From contig OX597822.1 of NCBI GenBank assembly GCA_951406725.2, positions 38,626,001-38,690,000 on the forward strand: a stretch of DNA of 64,000 bases, written 5' to 3'. This document shows positions 39,786 to 53,413 of this stretch, one piece after another. The position numbers and the translations under genes are program-made. Below the pieces are notes generated by a model, which did no database searches, was not told where the DNA came from, and worked only from the letters and a program-made list of their open reading frames with translations. This DNA comes from Octopus vulgaris. Its lineage: Eukaryota. Within the stretch, counting starts at the first letter, position 1; each line of letters begins with the position of its first letter.

Positions 39786-40455
39786 CTTTTCTACTAAAGG
39801 TACAAGACCTGAAATTTGGGTAGAGGGGATTATTCAATCATATTGACCCTAGTGTCTCACTGGTACTGAATTTAATGACCCAAAAAGGATGAAAGGCAAA
39901 ATTGACTTGGGTGGAACTTGAACTCAGAACATAGCGACGGATGAAACACCACTAAGTATTTCACCCAGCCTACTAATGATTCTATCAATTAGCCACCATA
40001 ATAATAATAATTATTATAATTATTATTTCTATTCTAGGCACAAGGCCTTGAAAATTTGGGGGGAAGGGGACTAGTCAATTATACTGACCCCAGTGTTTCA
40101 CTGATAATTAATTTATTGACTCCGAAAGGATGAAAGGTAAAGTCAACCTCAGCAGAATTTGAACTCAGAAAGTAAAGATGGACGAAATGCCACTAAGCAT
40201 TTCATCCAGTGTGCTAATGATTCTGCCAACTTACTGCCTAAATCCCTTCTACTATAGGCACAAGGTCTGAAGTTTGTAGATTTCATCAGTTGATTTCATC
40301 AGACCCCAGTGCATAACTGGTACTTATTTCATTAACCCCAAAAGGATGAATGGCAAAGTCGACCTCAGCAGAATTTGAACTCAGAATGCAAAGACGGATG
40401 AAATGCTGCTAAGCATTTTGCCTAGCACACTAATGATTCTGCCAGCTCACTGTCT
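39786..40455 (-). mobile_element. Three head-to-tail SINE family B copies in an (AAT)n context
   Basis: TTCTACTA.AGG.ACAAG starts at about 39790, 40027 and 40247. Confidence 0.8.
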
Positions 40456-42739
40456 AATAATAATAATAATAACAATAATAATAATAATGATAATATTAAT
40501 AATAATAAGATAAACTGTTGATATTAGCACACGACATCAGCACAGGGCTACTGTACCTACATCTACAGCAGCACTATCACACCCCACAGCAACACTACCA
40601 CAACCACTGCCAATACCCCTACTCAGCAACACGCTTTCAATGACAGTGCACAAGCCTGCTTGAATAATTGGAGACACGCCTCTACACACATACACACACA
40701 TCTAAGTGCACCTTGAAGAATGCAGACAAGACATGCAACAGCATCGATGGGGCTGTTGATGCTGCTGTAGTATATTCTTAAATACGATGGACCTTAGTCA
40801 TGAGGTATGTTGTGCCGCTTGCTGCATTCCATTGTTTTGATTCACACACCATTCCAACCAGGATGACAGCAAGAGACAAGTTGTAAGTGGTGATGGTTGG
40901 TGGTGGTGAGGTATGTCTGCAAGTCAGTCACAACGTTTTCCAAGAACACAACTGTCTGCTAAGCTGTTCTTTGGGAGTCCAGGACAAAGAGAGAAACTAA
41001 AGAGAGAGGAAGAAGGAGAGGGAGAAGGAGAGAGACAGACAAGGAGAGGGAGGGGAATACTGTAACAAGACCAACAGTCTGTCAAAAATGGAATGTGTTA
41101 AAACTTGCCCCAAAGTGAGAGGGGATGGGAGGTAAGGCATTTGTCTTGGAGAATTCACAATTCTTGCCAGAAGATGGAGCATGGCAGAAATAGTAACACA
41201 TACCTTGTGGCTTTGTACAGATTTTGAATTCAAATCCAAGTAGGATAAATAATCCTTTGCATTTGTCTGAGGTCAATAAAAATAGTACCAGTTATGTGCT
41301 GAGGGTGTTATATTCTACTCTTCCTGCCCCAAGATTTGTGGCCATGTTCTTTTGTTAGTGTAGAGTAGTTGTGTAGTTTTATTTTGCTTTTTTTTCGTTT
41401 TAATCAAGAAGCAAAGAGAGGAGCCAGCACATTTGTGAGCCAGAGCACTTGTGCTGGTGCCATGTATAAAACACCTGTGCTGGTTCCATGTAAAAATCAC
41501 CTGTGTTGGTGCCATGTATAAGGCACTGGTGTCGGTGCTATGTAAAAAAACACCCTGTACACTCTGTAAAGTGGTTGGCATTAGGAAGGGCATCTAGTCA
41601 TAGAAAGCTTGCCAGAAAAGGTAACTGGAACCTCTGGTAAACCAGCTCTCTGGTTTACCAGCACCTGTCAAACGATTCAACCCATGACAGCAAGGAAAGC
41701 CAACATTAAATGATGATGATGAATTTGGTGTGTGTTGGTAGAGAAAAGAGCCAGCACATATGAAGGCCAGAGATTGGAGTGTATTGGTCACTTCAAGCAA
41801 CTTAGTCGAGTGATCTTTCTTTCGATGAGGTCTAGGATACCAGAGTGTGTAGCAGGAGCAGCACTGTCTCAAATGTAGGAGCTGTACTACTCCAGTTTGA
41901 GTCACGCATAAGTTTTGTAGAAGGTTGGTAGTTTCTGGGAGTTAAAATACTGTCTGCCACTGAAAAGGAAAGCCCAATTTTTGTGAAGCCGTCTTGGCTG
42001 TATTGAACATGTATGTTTACCAGGTGAAATGGCCTGGTTTAACCATTTATAGTAACTTTCAAGGTCTAGTTGCACATTGCCTAGGTTTATGGGTGGTATG
42101 ATAAAGCTTTCTTGATATCTTTTATAATTTGTTCATTTCAGTCTTTGGACTGTGGCCATGCTACAGCACTGCTTTGAAGGGTTTAGTTGAATAAAATGAC
42201 CCCCAGTATTTATTTTTAAAGCCCGGAACCCATTCTCTTGGTTTCTTCTATCAAAATTATAGGGATGGAAACAAACCAACGCCAGCTGTCGAGTGTCTGG
42301 GACACACACACACACACGAGTTTCCTTCACTTTCTTTCTACCAAATCCACTCACAAGGTTTTGGTTGGTCCAGGGCTGCAGTAGATAGACACTCGCTTGA
42401 GGTATGACACAATGGGTCTCAACTTGGAACGATGTAGTTGGGAACCAAACTTCTTACCACATAGCCACTTATAATAGTTGTGACATTATTGAAGGAAACA
42501 GGACTGGCTGATTTCATTGCAGGATGGTTTCAAGGTCTCTGTTTACTGAGTCAGTGAATATTTGTTGTGGCATTTCTAGGTAGCATGCAAAGGATGTCTG
42601 CGATATATATTATGGCATGGTGCGCACATGAATAATATACTGTAATATATAATTGGGACAGTGTGACGCAATGTGTATATGTTACATAGTTGTGGTGCAA
42701 TATGTTAGCTTGTTGTTCATGTGGTATGGAGTGTACATA

Positions 42740-43340
42740 GGTTTGGCTGTGTGGTAAGAAGCTTGCTTCTCTGGCAGAAACATTAGCACGCCGGGCGAAA
42801 TGCTTAGTGGTATTTCGTCTAATGTTACGTTCTGAGTTCAAATTCCACTGAGGTCGACTTTGCCTTTCATCCTTTCGGGGTCGATAAATTAAGTACCAGT
42901 TACATCCTGAGGTCGATGTAATTGATTTAATCCCTTTGACTATCCTTGTTTGCCTCCGCTGTGTTTAGCCCCTTGTGGGCAATAAAGAAATAAGAAGCTT
43001 GTTGCTCAACCACATGGTTCTGGGTTCAGTCCCACTGCATGACACCTTGGGCAAGTGTCTATAACCTCAGGCCAATCAAAGCCTTGTGAGTGGATTTGGT
43101 AGACAGAAACTGAAAGAAGCCCATCATATATGTGTGTGTGTGTTTGTCTTCAGCACCACTTGACAATTGGTGTTGGCATGTTTTTGCTCTCCTAACTTAG
43201 CGGTTCAGTAAAAGAGACCAATAGAATACCTAACAGGCTTTAAAAAAAGAAGTACTGGGATCAATTCATTCCATTAAAAATTCTTCAAGACAGTGCTCCA
43301 GCATGGCTGCAGTCTAAATGATAAAATCATAAAAGATATC
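42740..43340 (+). mobile_element. SINE family A with a nested family B SINE (42766-42990)
   Basis: Target-site duplication TAAGAAGCTTG at 42755-42765 and 42991-43001. Confidence 0.8.
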
Positions 43341-43349
43341 TCCATAGAT

Positions 43350-43909
43350 TCTTTTATTCTTTTACTTGTTTCAGTCATTTGACTGCGGCCATGATGGAGC
43401 ATCACCTATAGTCGAACAAATCGACCCCTCGACTTATTCTTTGTATGCCTAGCACTTATTCTATCAGTCTCTTTTGCCGAACTGCTAAGTTAAGGAGATG
43501 TAAACACACCAGCGTCGGTTGTCCAGCGACAGCGGAGGGAGAAACAGACACGCAAACATACATATATATGACAAGCTTCTTTCAGTTTCTGTCTACCAAA
43601 TCCACTCACAAGGCTTTGGTCAGCCCAAGGCGACAGTAGAAGATACTTGCCCAGGGTGCCACTCAGAGGGACTGAACCTGGAACCATGTGGTTGGGAAGC
43701 AAGCTACTTACCACACAGCCATTCCTGCACACACACACACACACACACACATACACGACAGGCTTCTTTCAGTTTCCGTCAACCAAATCCACTCACAAGG
43801 CTTTGGTTGGCCCTAGGCTATAGTAGAAGACACATGTTCAAGGTGCCACGCAGTGAGACTGAACCCAGGAACCATGTGGTTGGCAAGCAAGCTTCTTACC
43901 ACACAGCCA
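43350..43909 (-). mobile_element. SINE family A plus an adjacent 5' half copy
   Basis: Reverse complement of the family A consensus, 5' part present twice. Confidence 0.8.
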
Positions 43910-44749
43910 ATATTTTATATTTTGGTTGAGTCAATCTATTGCTGATTTTTGGCTAAAGGTCCTGTGCATCTTATAGGCTAAACTCAAAGGAACAAGAGAC
44001 TGACTTGAACAAAATGAAACTATTACACGTGTGCATGTGTGTGCATTGTAGTTTATGAGATGCAGCAAGCATGTGCTATGCACAGAAATAGCAAGGTTCA
44101 AAATATAGAGAGTGTGTGTATATATGTGTGTGTGTATGTGTGTGGTGTATAATGTGGTTCTATCGCACCATATCAATTCTGATCTACTAAACAACAAAAA
44201 GTATTCCAATCATAACCATTCTGTAATTATACTGGGTAACTAGGCCTACAGTATTCAATGAATTCTCTTATTAAAGAATGTGATTTAAGGCAGATTTGGC
44301 TGCTATTTCTAGCGAATCGTTGGCCCATATAATTTCCCTTTTAGGCTCTTGTACAATATACTTGTGTGTGTGCGTGTGTATGTGTGTCTGTGTGTGAACG
44401 TGTCATATTTCCGTTAGCGTTGTTCCTGTCTCCCGCCAGAGAGAGAGAGGTGGTGGTGGCGGCGGGGAGTCCAAGACACGGCGAGCCAATTCCACCACTC
44501 CACAGTTCTGACAGCCCAGCCATACTGAAAGGGGGTTGGCTGAGATATAGAGCACAATATAGCAGCTGATGGTAGTAGAGGGGAGGGGGAGCATAATTAC
44601 AACACCCTCCTCCCCCTTACACAGACGTTTACAGTTAAACACACACACACGTATACAGCTGAGGACATACGATAATGTGTGCGTGTGTATAAATATATAT
44701 ATATATATGTATATGTGTGTATATGTATATTTGTATGTGGATGTATGTG

Positions 44750-44781
<32 letters not shown>

Positions 44782-45008
44782 AGCGGGCGCACATATACTT
44801 ATTTTCATCCATTTTACTGGTTTCCTGGTTTCGGTCTGTGGACGATGACCAAGCTGGGGCACTGCCCTCTAACATTGAAGTAGATTATATCAGCAGCATT
44901 ATTTTACCGATCAATATCTAACAAAACATCAATGTCCGACTTTTGTTATAATTCATAACGCTGTGTGTATGTGAGTGCGTGTTTTATACATATTTATACA
45001 TATATATA

Positions 45009-45059
<51 letters not shown>

Positions 45060-45367
45060 CAGCAACCATTAGCTGAACAAAGGACTCAATATGAGTTAAA
45101 ATATTTATTACAAAGCGGTTGACATTTGGTACTTCGATGGGTCACCGAAAGACTGGCGTATTCAACCGTATGGCTGTGCCTGCTCTGTCTGTGTGCGTGT
45201 TGAAGTGTGTTCCACGTCTCTTTCTTTCTCTCTGTATGTATGTATGTATATATATATATATATATATATGGATATAGATATATAATAATCATAAGTTAAG
45301 TCTACATTCTGCTTTGGACAGACGGATAGGTATAAAGACAGGCAAGTTCACACACAAAACACACACA

Positions 45368-45398
<31 letters not shown>

Positions 45399-45570
45399 TG
45401 CTGCTACACACACCAAAAAGAAATGTCAACAAGAACAAAGAATACTCGTAACAAAAAAAAAATAAATAGGTTTAGTATGAATATTGAAAACTAAAATACT
45501 CAAATCCTGAATCCGAGGTTTTGCTGTGTTGCTCGCGCGTGCACACACACATTCACATAGGCACACATAC

Positions 45571-45780
45571 TTTTACAAAAATAGTTTAGTGACTTCGAAT
45601 TTCGGCTTGCTTAGCTTCCGTCAGGGAGTTCGATGAAAGCTAAGCGGGACAAAACTTTGAAGTCACTGTCAGCACTATTCTTTCTTGTAAAAGAATAATA
45701 AACTTGTACTCAACAAAAATTGAGTAATCCTTCAGTTTAATGCAAAAATTGTTTTATAACTCGACATAAAAAGAAACAGT
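45571..45780. mobile_element. Hammerhead-bearing fold-back mini-element (family H2, degenerate)
   Basis: Minus strand CTGACGG-AAGCTAAGCAAGCC-GAAATTCGAAGTC-ACT; plus strand TTCGATGA-AAGCTAAGCGGGAC-AAAACTTTGAAGTC-ACTGTC. Tail is the reverse complement of 36060-36160. Confidence 0.65.
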
Positions 45781-45789
45781 ATATATATA

Positions 45790-45827
45790 TATAGACAAAC
45801 GGGCAGATAGATAGATAGATAGACAGG

Positions 45828-45875
<48 letters not shown>

Positions 45876-46006
45876 GAAATAGATGGATAGATAGATAGAT
45901 AGATAGATAGATAGAGAAATAGATGGATAGATAGATAGAGAAATAGATGGATAGATAGATAGAGAAATAGATGGATAGATAGATAGAGAAATAGATAGAT
46001 AGATAT

Positions 46007-46039
<33 letters not shown>

Positions 46040-46042
46040 GAA

Positions 46043-46083
<41 letters not shown>
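45790..46083. repeat. (GATA)n with 24 bp higher-order units
   Basis: AGAGAAATAGATGGATAGATAGAT repeated. Confidence 0.9.
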
Positions 46084-46380
46084 GTGAGGGGGATGGTGAT
46101 AGAAATAAACAAAGAAATGGATAGTTAAAAGACGATTGGTAACACTAACAACAATAATTTATTTAATAATCGTTTCTGGTAATAATATCATGAATGGATG
46201 TTTTTATAATTGTACTTACGTTAAGCTTTCGTCAGATTACATGTTGAAGTAAGTCCAGTTATACAGAGTGGTCCAATTATAGAAAATACACTCACAACCA
46301 CACACATGTATACATATATAGAGAGAACATAACCATGCGGCGTGTATGTGTATGTGTGTATGTACGTATGTGTATATATA

Positions 46381-46412
<32 letters not shown>

Positions 46413-47506
46413 ATGTTACTTTATACTCACATATAATATAAACTGTAACATCAACAAATGTGCACACGAGAGAGACGACAGCGAGTGAAAGTGTAAGGGT
46501 AGAGTGAAACAAGCTTCACTCACAAGAACTTGTTCAGTATAAAGGTGTGTGTGTGTGTAGGTGTGAGTGAGCGGATTTAGTGTAAGTGAGAGTGCGTGAG
46601 TGTATGTATGTATGTATGTATGTATGTATGAGCGTGTGTGTGTGTTTTGAAAACGCCCGATAAACTGCATACACGTGAGTGTGTAAACAAAATAATCCAC
46701 CCTAATCTTTATACATATATATATATATACACACACACACGCACACACGCAGGTCTTCTCAAACACCGTATGGCATAATGTTTGTGAACTTTACAGTGTG
46801 TGTTCGTCTCTCTCGTATACAGACATAGTATAAGACAAATTGCCAACCCAGAAGCCCTATATCATTCCAGAAAAGCGAGAGAGAAAGAGAGAGCGAGGCA
46901 CGGCACCACATTCAACACGAAGACACGTTGCCTTTCAAAAAGCAACAGAGAATTTAAACTGCTGAATAAGGGAGGAAGGCGGGCAAGGAAAGGGAATGAT
47001 GACAACAGCAGTTAATTATCGTGGTGATGGCAGTGGCGATGACTTATTCATTTATTTTTTTTTTCTTCTGGGGAATTATTCAGTTCTGATCATAGGGGGA
47101 TTCCAGCACTGGCTAATATGCCGAGCATATCCAGAACTACATTGACCAATATTCAAACGATGTTGAATGATTTGAGAGATTTGGTTGCTATTTCTAGACA
47201 CCCGAGCGACTGATTAGGGGGTAGTGTTACGACAGTGGTGGTGGTGGTGGTGGTGGAGCTAGATGATGGCAGAACTAGGAAGAGATGGATGCTGACAGAA
47301 ATATCACGACAATGAAATAAAAAGCTTACTCATCCCTTGTGATGACAAGGGCGGAAGCTGTAACCTCTACGTGGTCACATCAGCTGCTAGAAATAGCAGT
47401 CAAGTGATACTCTACCCTCTTGAATGAAAGAAAGAATACATAAGTCAACTGGATCAAGGCTCGCATGAGTTAATTAAGGTCACACACACACACAAATATC
47501 TATCTA

Positions 47507-47558
<52 letters not shown>

Positions 47559-47928
47559 ATTATCTATCTATCTAATTATCTATCTTTCGCTCCAAGACAG
47601 ATCTCATGGATACTCTCAGTTGCATCAGAAATGTTTCTGGGATCCCAGGGGTTTTTGGGTCTTTCAACATTAAACCTCCTTCGTCCAGGATCGATCGGGT
47701 CCCAGATTGCATCCTAGTAGCGGCAAAACACCGGTTTGCTCCTTTTTTTTATTCAAAGCCATTTAATAGCTTTTTCGGCAGCTTAAGAAGTGGAATGCAT
47801 GTCACCTCTGCCCACATCCCAACCTCATTGTGTCACTAGTAACTACAAGCCAAGTCAGAGATTTGCAGTGTTAACGCCCCACAAAATATTGGCACACATG
47901 TGTGTGTTCATATACATACATGCATATA

Positions 47929-47963
<35 letters not shown>

Positions 47964-48063
47964 TTTCTTTACTACCCACAAGGGACTAAACACAGAGGGG
48001 ACAAACAAGAACAAACGGATTAAGTCGATTACATCGACTCCAGTGCGTAACTGATACTTATTT

Positions 48064-48452
48064 AGGCGCAGGAGTGGCTGTGTGGTAAGTAGCCTGCTTA
48101 CCAACTACATGGTTCCGGGTTCATTCCCACTGCGTGGCACCTTGGGCAAGTGTCTTCTACTATAGTTCCGGGCCGACCGAAGTTTTGTGGGTAGATTTGG
48201 TAGACGGAAACTGAAAGAAGCCCGTCGTATATATATGTGGGTGTATATGTTTGTGTGTCTGTGTTTGTCCCCCAACATCGCTTGACAACCGATGGTGGTG
48301 TGTTTACGTTCCCGTAACTTAGCGGTCCGGCAAAAAAGACCGATAGAATAAGTACTGGACATACAAAGAATAAGTCCTGGGGTCGATTTGCTCGACTAAA
48401 AGCGGTGCTCCGGCATGGCCGCAGTCAAAATGACTGAAACAAGTAAAAGAGT
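48064..48452 (+). mobile_element. SINE family A, CpG-rich and near consensus
   Basis: GGCGCAGGAGTGGCTGTGTGG head; CpGs retained (GGGCCGACCG, GACGGAAAC, CCCGTCG). Confidence 0.9.
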
Positions 48453-48458
48453 ATATAT

Positions 48459-48676
48459 AAGGCAGAGAGCAGGCAGAATTGTCAGCACGCCGAACAAAAT
48501 GCTTAGCGGCATCTCTTCCAGCTAGCTTTACGTTCTGGTTCAAATTCCGCCGAGGTTGACTTCGCCTTTCATTCTTTCGGGGTTGATAAAATATGAACCA
48601 GTTGAACACTGGGGTCGATGTAATCGACTAGCCCCCTTCCCCAGAATTTCAGGCCTTGTGCTTAGAGTAGAAAGGA
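48459..48676 (+). mobile_element. SINE family B
   Basis: Family B consensus with CpGs retained. Confidence 0.85.
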
Positions 48677-49830
48677 CACACACACACTCAACAGTATGGT
48701 TAGGGAGCGCTGCGAACTGACCCGGTGTGTTTACACTTATATATTTCAGCGAGAAATTTTGTCGAAGACAATCCAGTGAATTAATTGGCTTTCGAATACA
48801 AGCACCTCATGCACATTTGAACAGGTAACAAGTTGGTAGTTATACATATCAATGCTCAGCGCTGTCGACCCGTGTGTTTGTGTGTGTGTGTTTGCGTGTG
48901 TGCCTATAAATCTGTACGTATCATATACATACACAATACACAGAAAACAAAATAAAACATGATTGTTTACAAATTATTTAGTTACACCATCTTGCATTAA
49001 TATAACGTGATTACTGGTTACAAAATGCGAATTACATGATATTTAATGTGAAAATGTCAGACTATTATTACAGGTTCTGTAACTGTCGCAGACAGAAGCG
49101 ATGACATCGTTGAGATGGCTCGCGACTATATCAAATGTGCTGTGAAAGGACTTAATACGGATGTCAGATGCGGAGGAGGAATTAACAAAGAACAGAATAG
49201 GGTGAGACAAATGGGAAGAAAGATTGCTATCAGAAAGTCTACGCAACAGACGTGGTCATTCTCTGACAGTTTTACTGTTTTTCCTTCCCTTCGTTTTCCT
49301 TTGATGTTCCCCATAAAGCTTAAACTGTCATTAACTTGGTCAAGGGTGTCCATTGTCCGTTAAATTGTATATCATAAGATATATTTATCTAACAACATAC
49401 ATAGACATAGTTATACATACACATGCTCACATAGACATAAGTAACTATACATACATACATACATACATACATACAGCCATATATACAAACATGGATACAT
49501 ACAAACACACACACATACATTCATACAAGCATACATACATATATGCATCCAAACATACACACATACATATTTATCAATAAGCATACTGATTACTTAATGT
49601 GGATGGAGCTGGCAGGAGAGGGAGACCAAGGAAGCCATGGGACGATGTAATAGAGGCTGATCCCAGGATTCTCAACCTCAAGGATGATATGACAAAGGAC
49701 TGGGATGACTCGTGTGATAAGCAGCTCTTGAGAAGACATGCCCACTTCGGGGAAACTGAGTACTACTGTGTGTGTGAACTTTAGGTTAGTTAAAATAAGT
49801 GTGACATATTCTAACTTCTAAAGGTAAATA

Positions 49831-51050
49831 TCAGGTCATTAAGAATGAAATGACCGATTTTCTTATGCACCAAGTTTTGCAGTTGTTAACTCCTGTTTTA
49901 TCCTGACAATTCTTTGTTTTACAACATTGAAGAGTTACATCATCACTTTTCAACATGCAATTCATGGTGTCTGATTGTATCGTGAGTTTTCTCTTAAAAA
50001 TCAATTTTTGTGAATCTATGGATAGATAAAAAATTCATGCTATTTATGAATATGAGTTCTGTTGTGGAACTAATGCATCCCAGACAGCTCAAAACATTAA
50101 TGAGGTGTTTGGTGAAGATGTGGCGAATGAGTGCATTGTATGTCAATGGTTTGAGAAGTTCTGGTCTGGTGACTTTACTCTTGAAAATCACCCCTGTGGT
50201 AGACCTGAGACCAAGGTGGATAATGATGAGCTGGAAACTAGTGGAAGTGGATACATCTCAAATTACACGTGAGTTAGAAGCAAGGTTTGATGTTTCGATT
50301 CCAAATGTATTGGAGCATCTGAAACAAATCGGCAAGGTAAAGAAGCTGGACAAGTGGGTACCACACAAACTGAACAAGCATCAAATGACATGTCTTGAAA
50401 CTTGCTGTGTTTTGCTGTCACGGCATAAAAGCGAACCATTTTTGAGTCATATTGTTACATGATGAAAAATGGATTCTTTTCAACAATAGCAAGCATTCTG
50501 CACGGTGGTTAATGGTGTCTGTTTGGTGGTCCAGCACTGGTGTCATCCACTAAAGTTTCATGAGACCTGGTAAGTCAGTTACAGCAGATGTATACACCAA
50601 TGAATTAAATGGAATGATGAGTGAAATTGCAATCAAACAACCAAGATTGGTCAATAGAGACAGGCCAATTCTCTTGCAAGACAATGCTCAGCCACATTTT
50701 GCACAAAGAACACTACTCTAGTTACAGGAACTGAACTTGGAAGCACTCTGTCATCCACCATGTTCACCAGACCTTGCACCAACTGACTATCATGTTTTCC
50801 AGGCATTAGACAATATTTTGCAAGGAAAAAACTTCAAATCTGAAGAAGATGCAAAAACAGCCTTTCAAGATTTTATTACTTCTTGCTCTCCAGAATTCTT
50901 CATTGCCAGCATAAATAAGCTACCAAATAAAATGGCAAAATTGTGTTGATAATTTAGGTGCATACTTTAATTAACTGCACTGCTTTTTGTTGAGAAAAAG
51001 TAAAATAAACTTTCAGTTCAAAATCGGACATTTCATTCTTAATGACCTGG
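49831..51050 (+). mobile_element. Mariner (Tc1/mariner, DD34D) DNA transposon, near full length, inactive
   Basis: 31 bp TIRs TCAGGTCATTAAGAATGAAATGACCGATTTT / AAAATCGGACATTTCATTCTTAATGACCTGG (29/31 match), with TA on both sides. Confidence 0.93.
50018..50974 (+). pseudogene. Mariner transposase pseudogene
   Basis: WFEKFWSGDFTLEN..GRP, WVPHKL, IVT*DEKW, LLQDNAQPH and HPPCSPDLAPTDYHVF motifs; stops, frameshifts and an internal deletion near 50510. Confidence 0.9.
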
Positions 51051-51439
51051 TATATAGTAGGATTTTTTTAAACATTGAAAGATTATGAGGGTCCGTCCAA
51101 GTAAAATAGGAATCAAAGGGGTCCATAGGTAAAAAAATAGTTGAGAACCAGGGTGGACTGAACTGTCGGTCAATCAGTCACTGTCCAAGAGCCCGGAGCC
51201 CTGAGGGGCCTGCACTATACGTTAACTCAAACAGAGTAGACATTCAAAGGGGCCTGGTAAACAGTAATGCCCGAGGGCCCTTAATACTCTCAGTCTGTCC
51301 CTGTTGAGAACCACTGATCTAGATACACACACACACAAGTGAGACCAAAAGTAATGCAAAAGTGAGCATAACCTTTTCATTAACTGATATAGTTTGTTCA
51401 AATTGTACATGTTGGTACACAAAACCCCTACTCAAAATA

Positions 51440-51950
51440 GTCTCCAACACAGACAATGCATATACACCTTCATTAAACCCAACTCTCAAACCCTCTTTGG
51501 AAATATTCAGGTGTGCAATGTTGTACCTACTTCTTCACAGTTACTTTTATCACATCCGTGTCATCGAATCATTGTTCCTGAAGACTGTCCTTCATTGGAT
51601 CAAGCAGGAGGAAGTTGGAGGGCATCAGATCCAAGCTGTATGGTAGACAAGCGAAACTACTGACCAGACTAATTTGCTAATTGCCTGATTTGTTGCCAAA
51701 GATGTGTGTAGTAGTCACACACTGTTATGGCGAACATCAGTCATTTTCAAATTCTTGCTTGATCTCTTTCTTCATCCTAACGACTTCTTTTAGCTTTTTG
51801 AGTGTCTTAATGACATGCAAACAATTCATGGTAAGGCCATGATCCAGAAAATGAAGGAGAACAATGCCATTGTCATCCCACAAAACAGTCACCATGACAT
51901 TATTTGTCAATTGTTGGTTCTTGAACTTCTTAGGCCTTGGACATATGAAA
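51440..51950 (-). pseudogene. Second mariner transposase relic
   Basis: Minus strand VMVTVLWDDNGIVLLHFL and YSLDLMPSNFLLLDPMK (YSPDLAPSDF-like). Confidence 0.7.
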
Positions 51951-52079
51951 CCATGTGTGTGTGTGTGTGTGCGTGTGTGTATGTTATGTGAGTTTGTAAA
52001 CATTTGTAAATAAATCTACATATGTATATATTTGGAAATATGTGATATATACACATATACATATATATGTGCATGCATG

Positions 52080-52111
<32 letters not shown>

Positions 52112-53413
52112 CCACCTCTGGCAGTCTCATCACCGCAACTAACAACCTTTACTCTCTTCCAGACTAACAGCTGCAGTGATGACAACAATGATGATGGAGA
52201 GAGAGAGAGGGTGAGGTGTTAAGGTATCACACTGAGAGTGATGGTGGTGGTGGTGGTGGTGGTGATGGTGCAATGAGGTTTAAAGTAAATAAGTTAAAAG
52301 GAGTGGGTGGATGTGGTACGACAAGGGTGAAAGTGGGAAGAAGAGAATTAGGGTACATATCCATGCTATATACAGAGCGGGACCTATTCTAAATATATAC
52401 ATATACACACTAGTCTATATACACACACAGTATATATATATGGAGTGATGAAACTTGGCTGGATATATACAAATACACAATATATATCAACACATAATTG
52501 TACATACAAACACATACATAAATGTAACACACACATTATATAGGGTAGGGGATGACTCTAGCTTAAGCTTCGAATCAACCCCCTCCTTCAATCTAGCAGC
52601 TCTTTCTTCTTTGTCCTCCTCCTCCTCCTCTTCCCTCCATTTCTACATCACATCATCATCATCATCATCATCATCATTTCTACTAATTCTCCCCTAACCT
52701 CTCATAATCTTCAACAACCTCCCATACAACGCACCACCCTGATCCCACCCGTTCTATGCAGCCCCCTGTAACAGAACCATTTTCTCCCTGGAGGAAGTGC
52801 AAGGGGAAAAAGTAAAAAAAAAAAAAAATAAAAAAAAGAAGAGGAGGAGGGACAATACTACTACTACTACTACTACAAGCAGTACCATTGACACTAATAA
52901 CACCACCAACACCACCATTGACAACAATTCTATAGTCACAGGCCCCAAGAGATATTTCTTTAAGGAAGTCAACAGAAACTAAATTATAAACAAAAGGGTG
53001 CAGCATAGGGGTGGGGGTGAAATAGAAAGAGAGGATGTGTAAAGATACATATATATAACACACACACACATGCATAAGTGTGAAACAGAACAGAGGGGGG
53101 GGTAGTGGTGAATAAGTGAAAATTGTGTACACGTATGTATCTAAATATCTGGTGTGTGTATGTATGTAGATGTAAGACCCACCAAAAATATAGTGTGTGC
53201 GTTATGGCAGGAGTGTATATGTATAAGCACAGGAGAAGCTGTGTGGTAAGAAGCTTGCTTCCCAACCACATGGTCCTGGGTTCAGTGCCACTGTGTGGAA
53301 CCTTGAGCAAGTGTCTTCTACTATAGCCTTGGGCTGACCAAAGCTTTGTGAGTGGATTTGGTAGACAGAAACTGAAAGAAGTTCATTGTATAGATGTGTG
53401 TGCGTGTGAATAT

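Noticed and set aside
50010-50462. SETMAR-like domesticated gene
   Set aside because: The ORF is partly out of frame, the transposase has stops and a deletion, TIRs are intact and no SET exon is visible.
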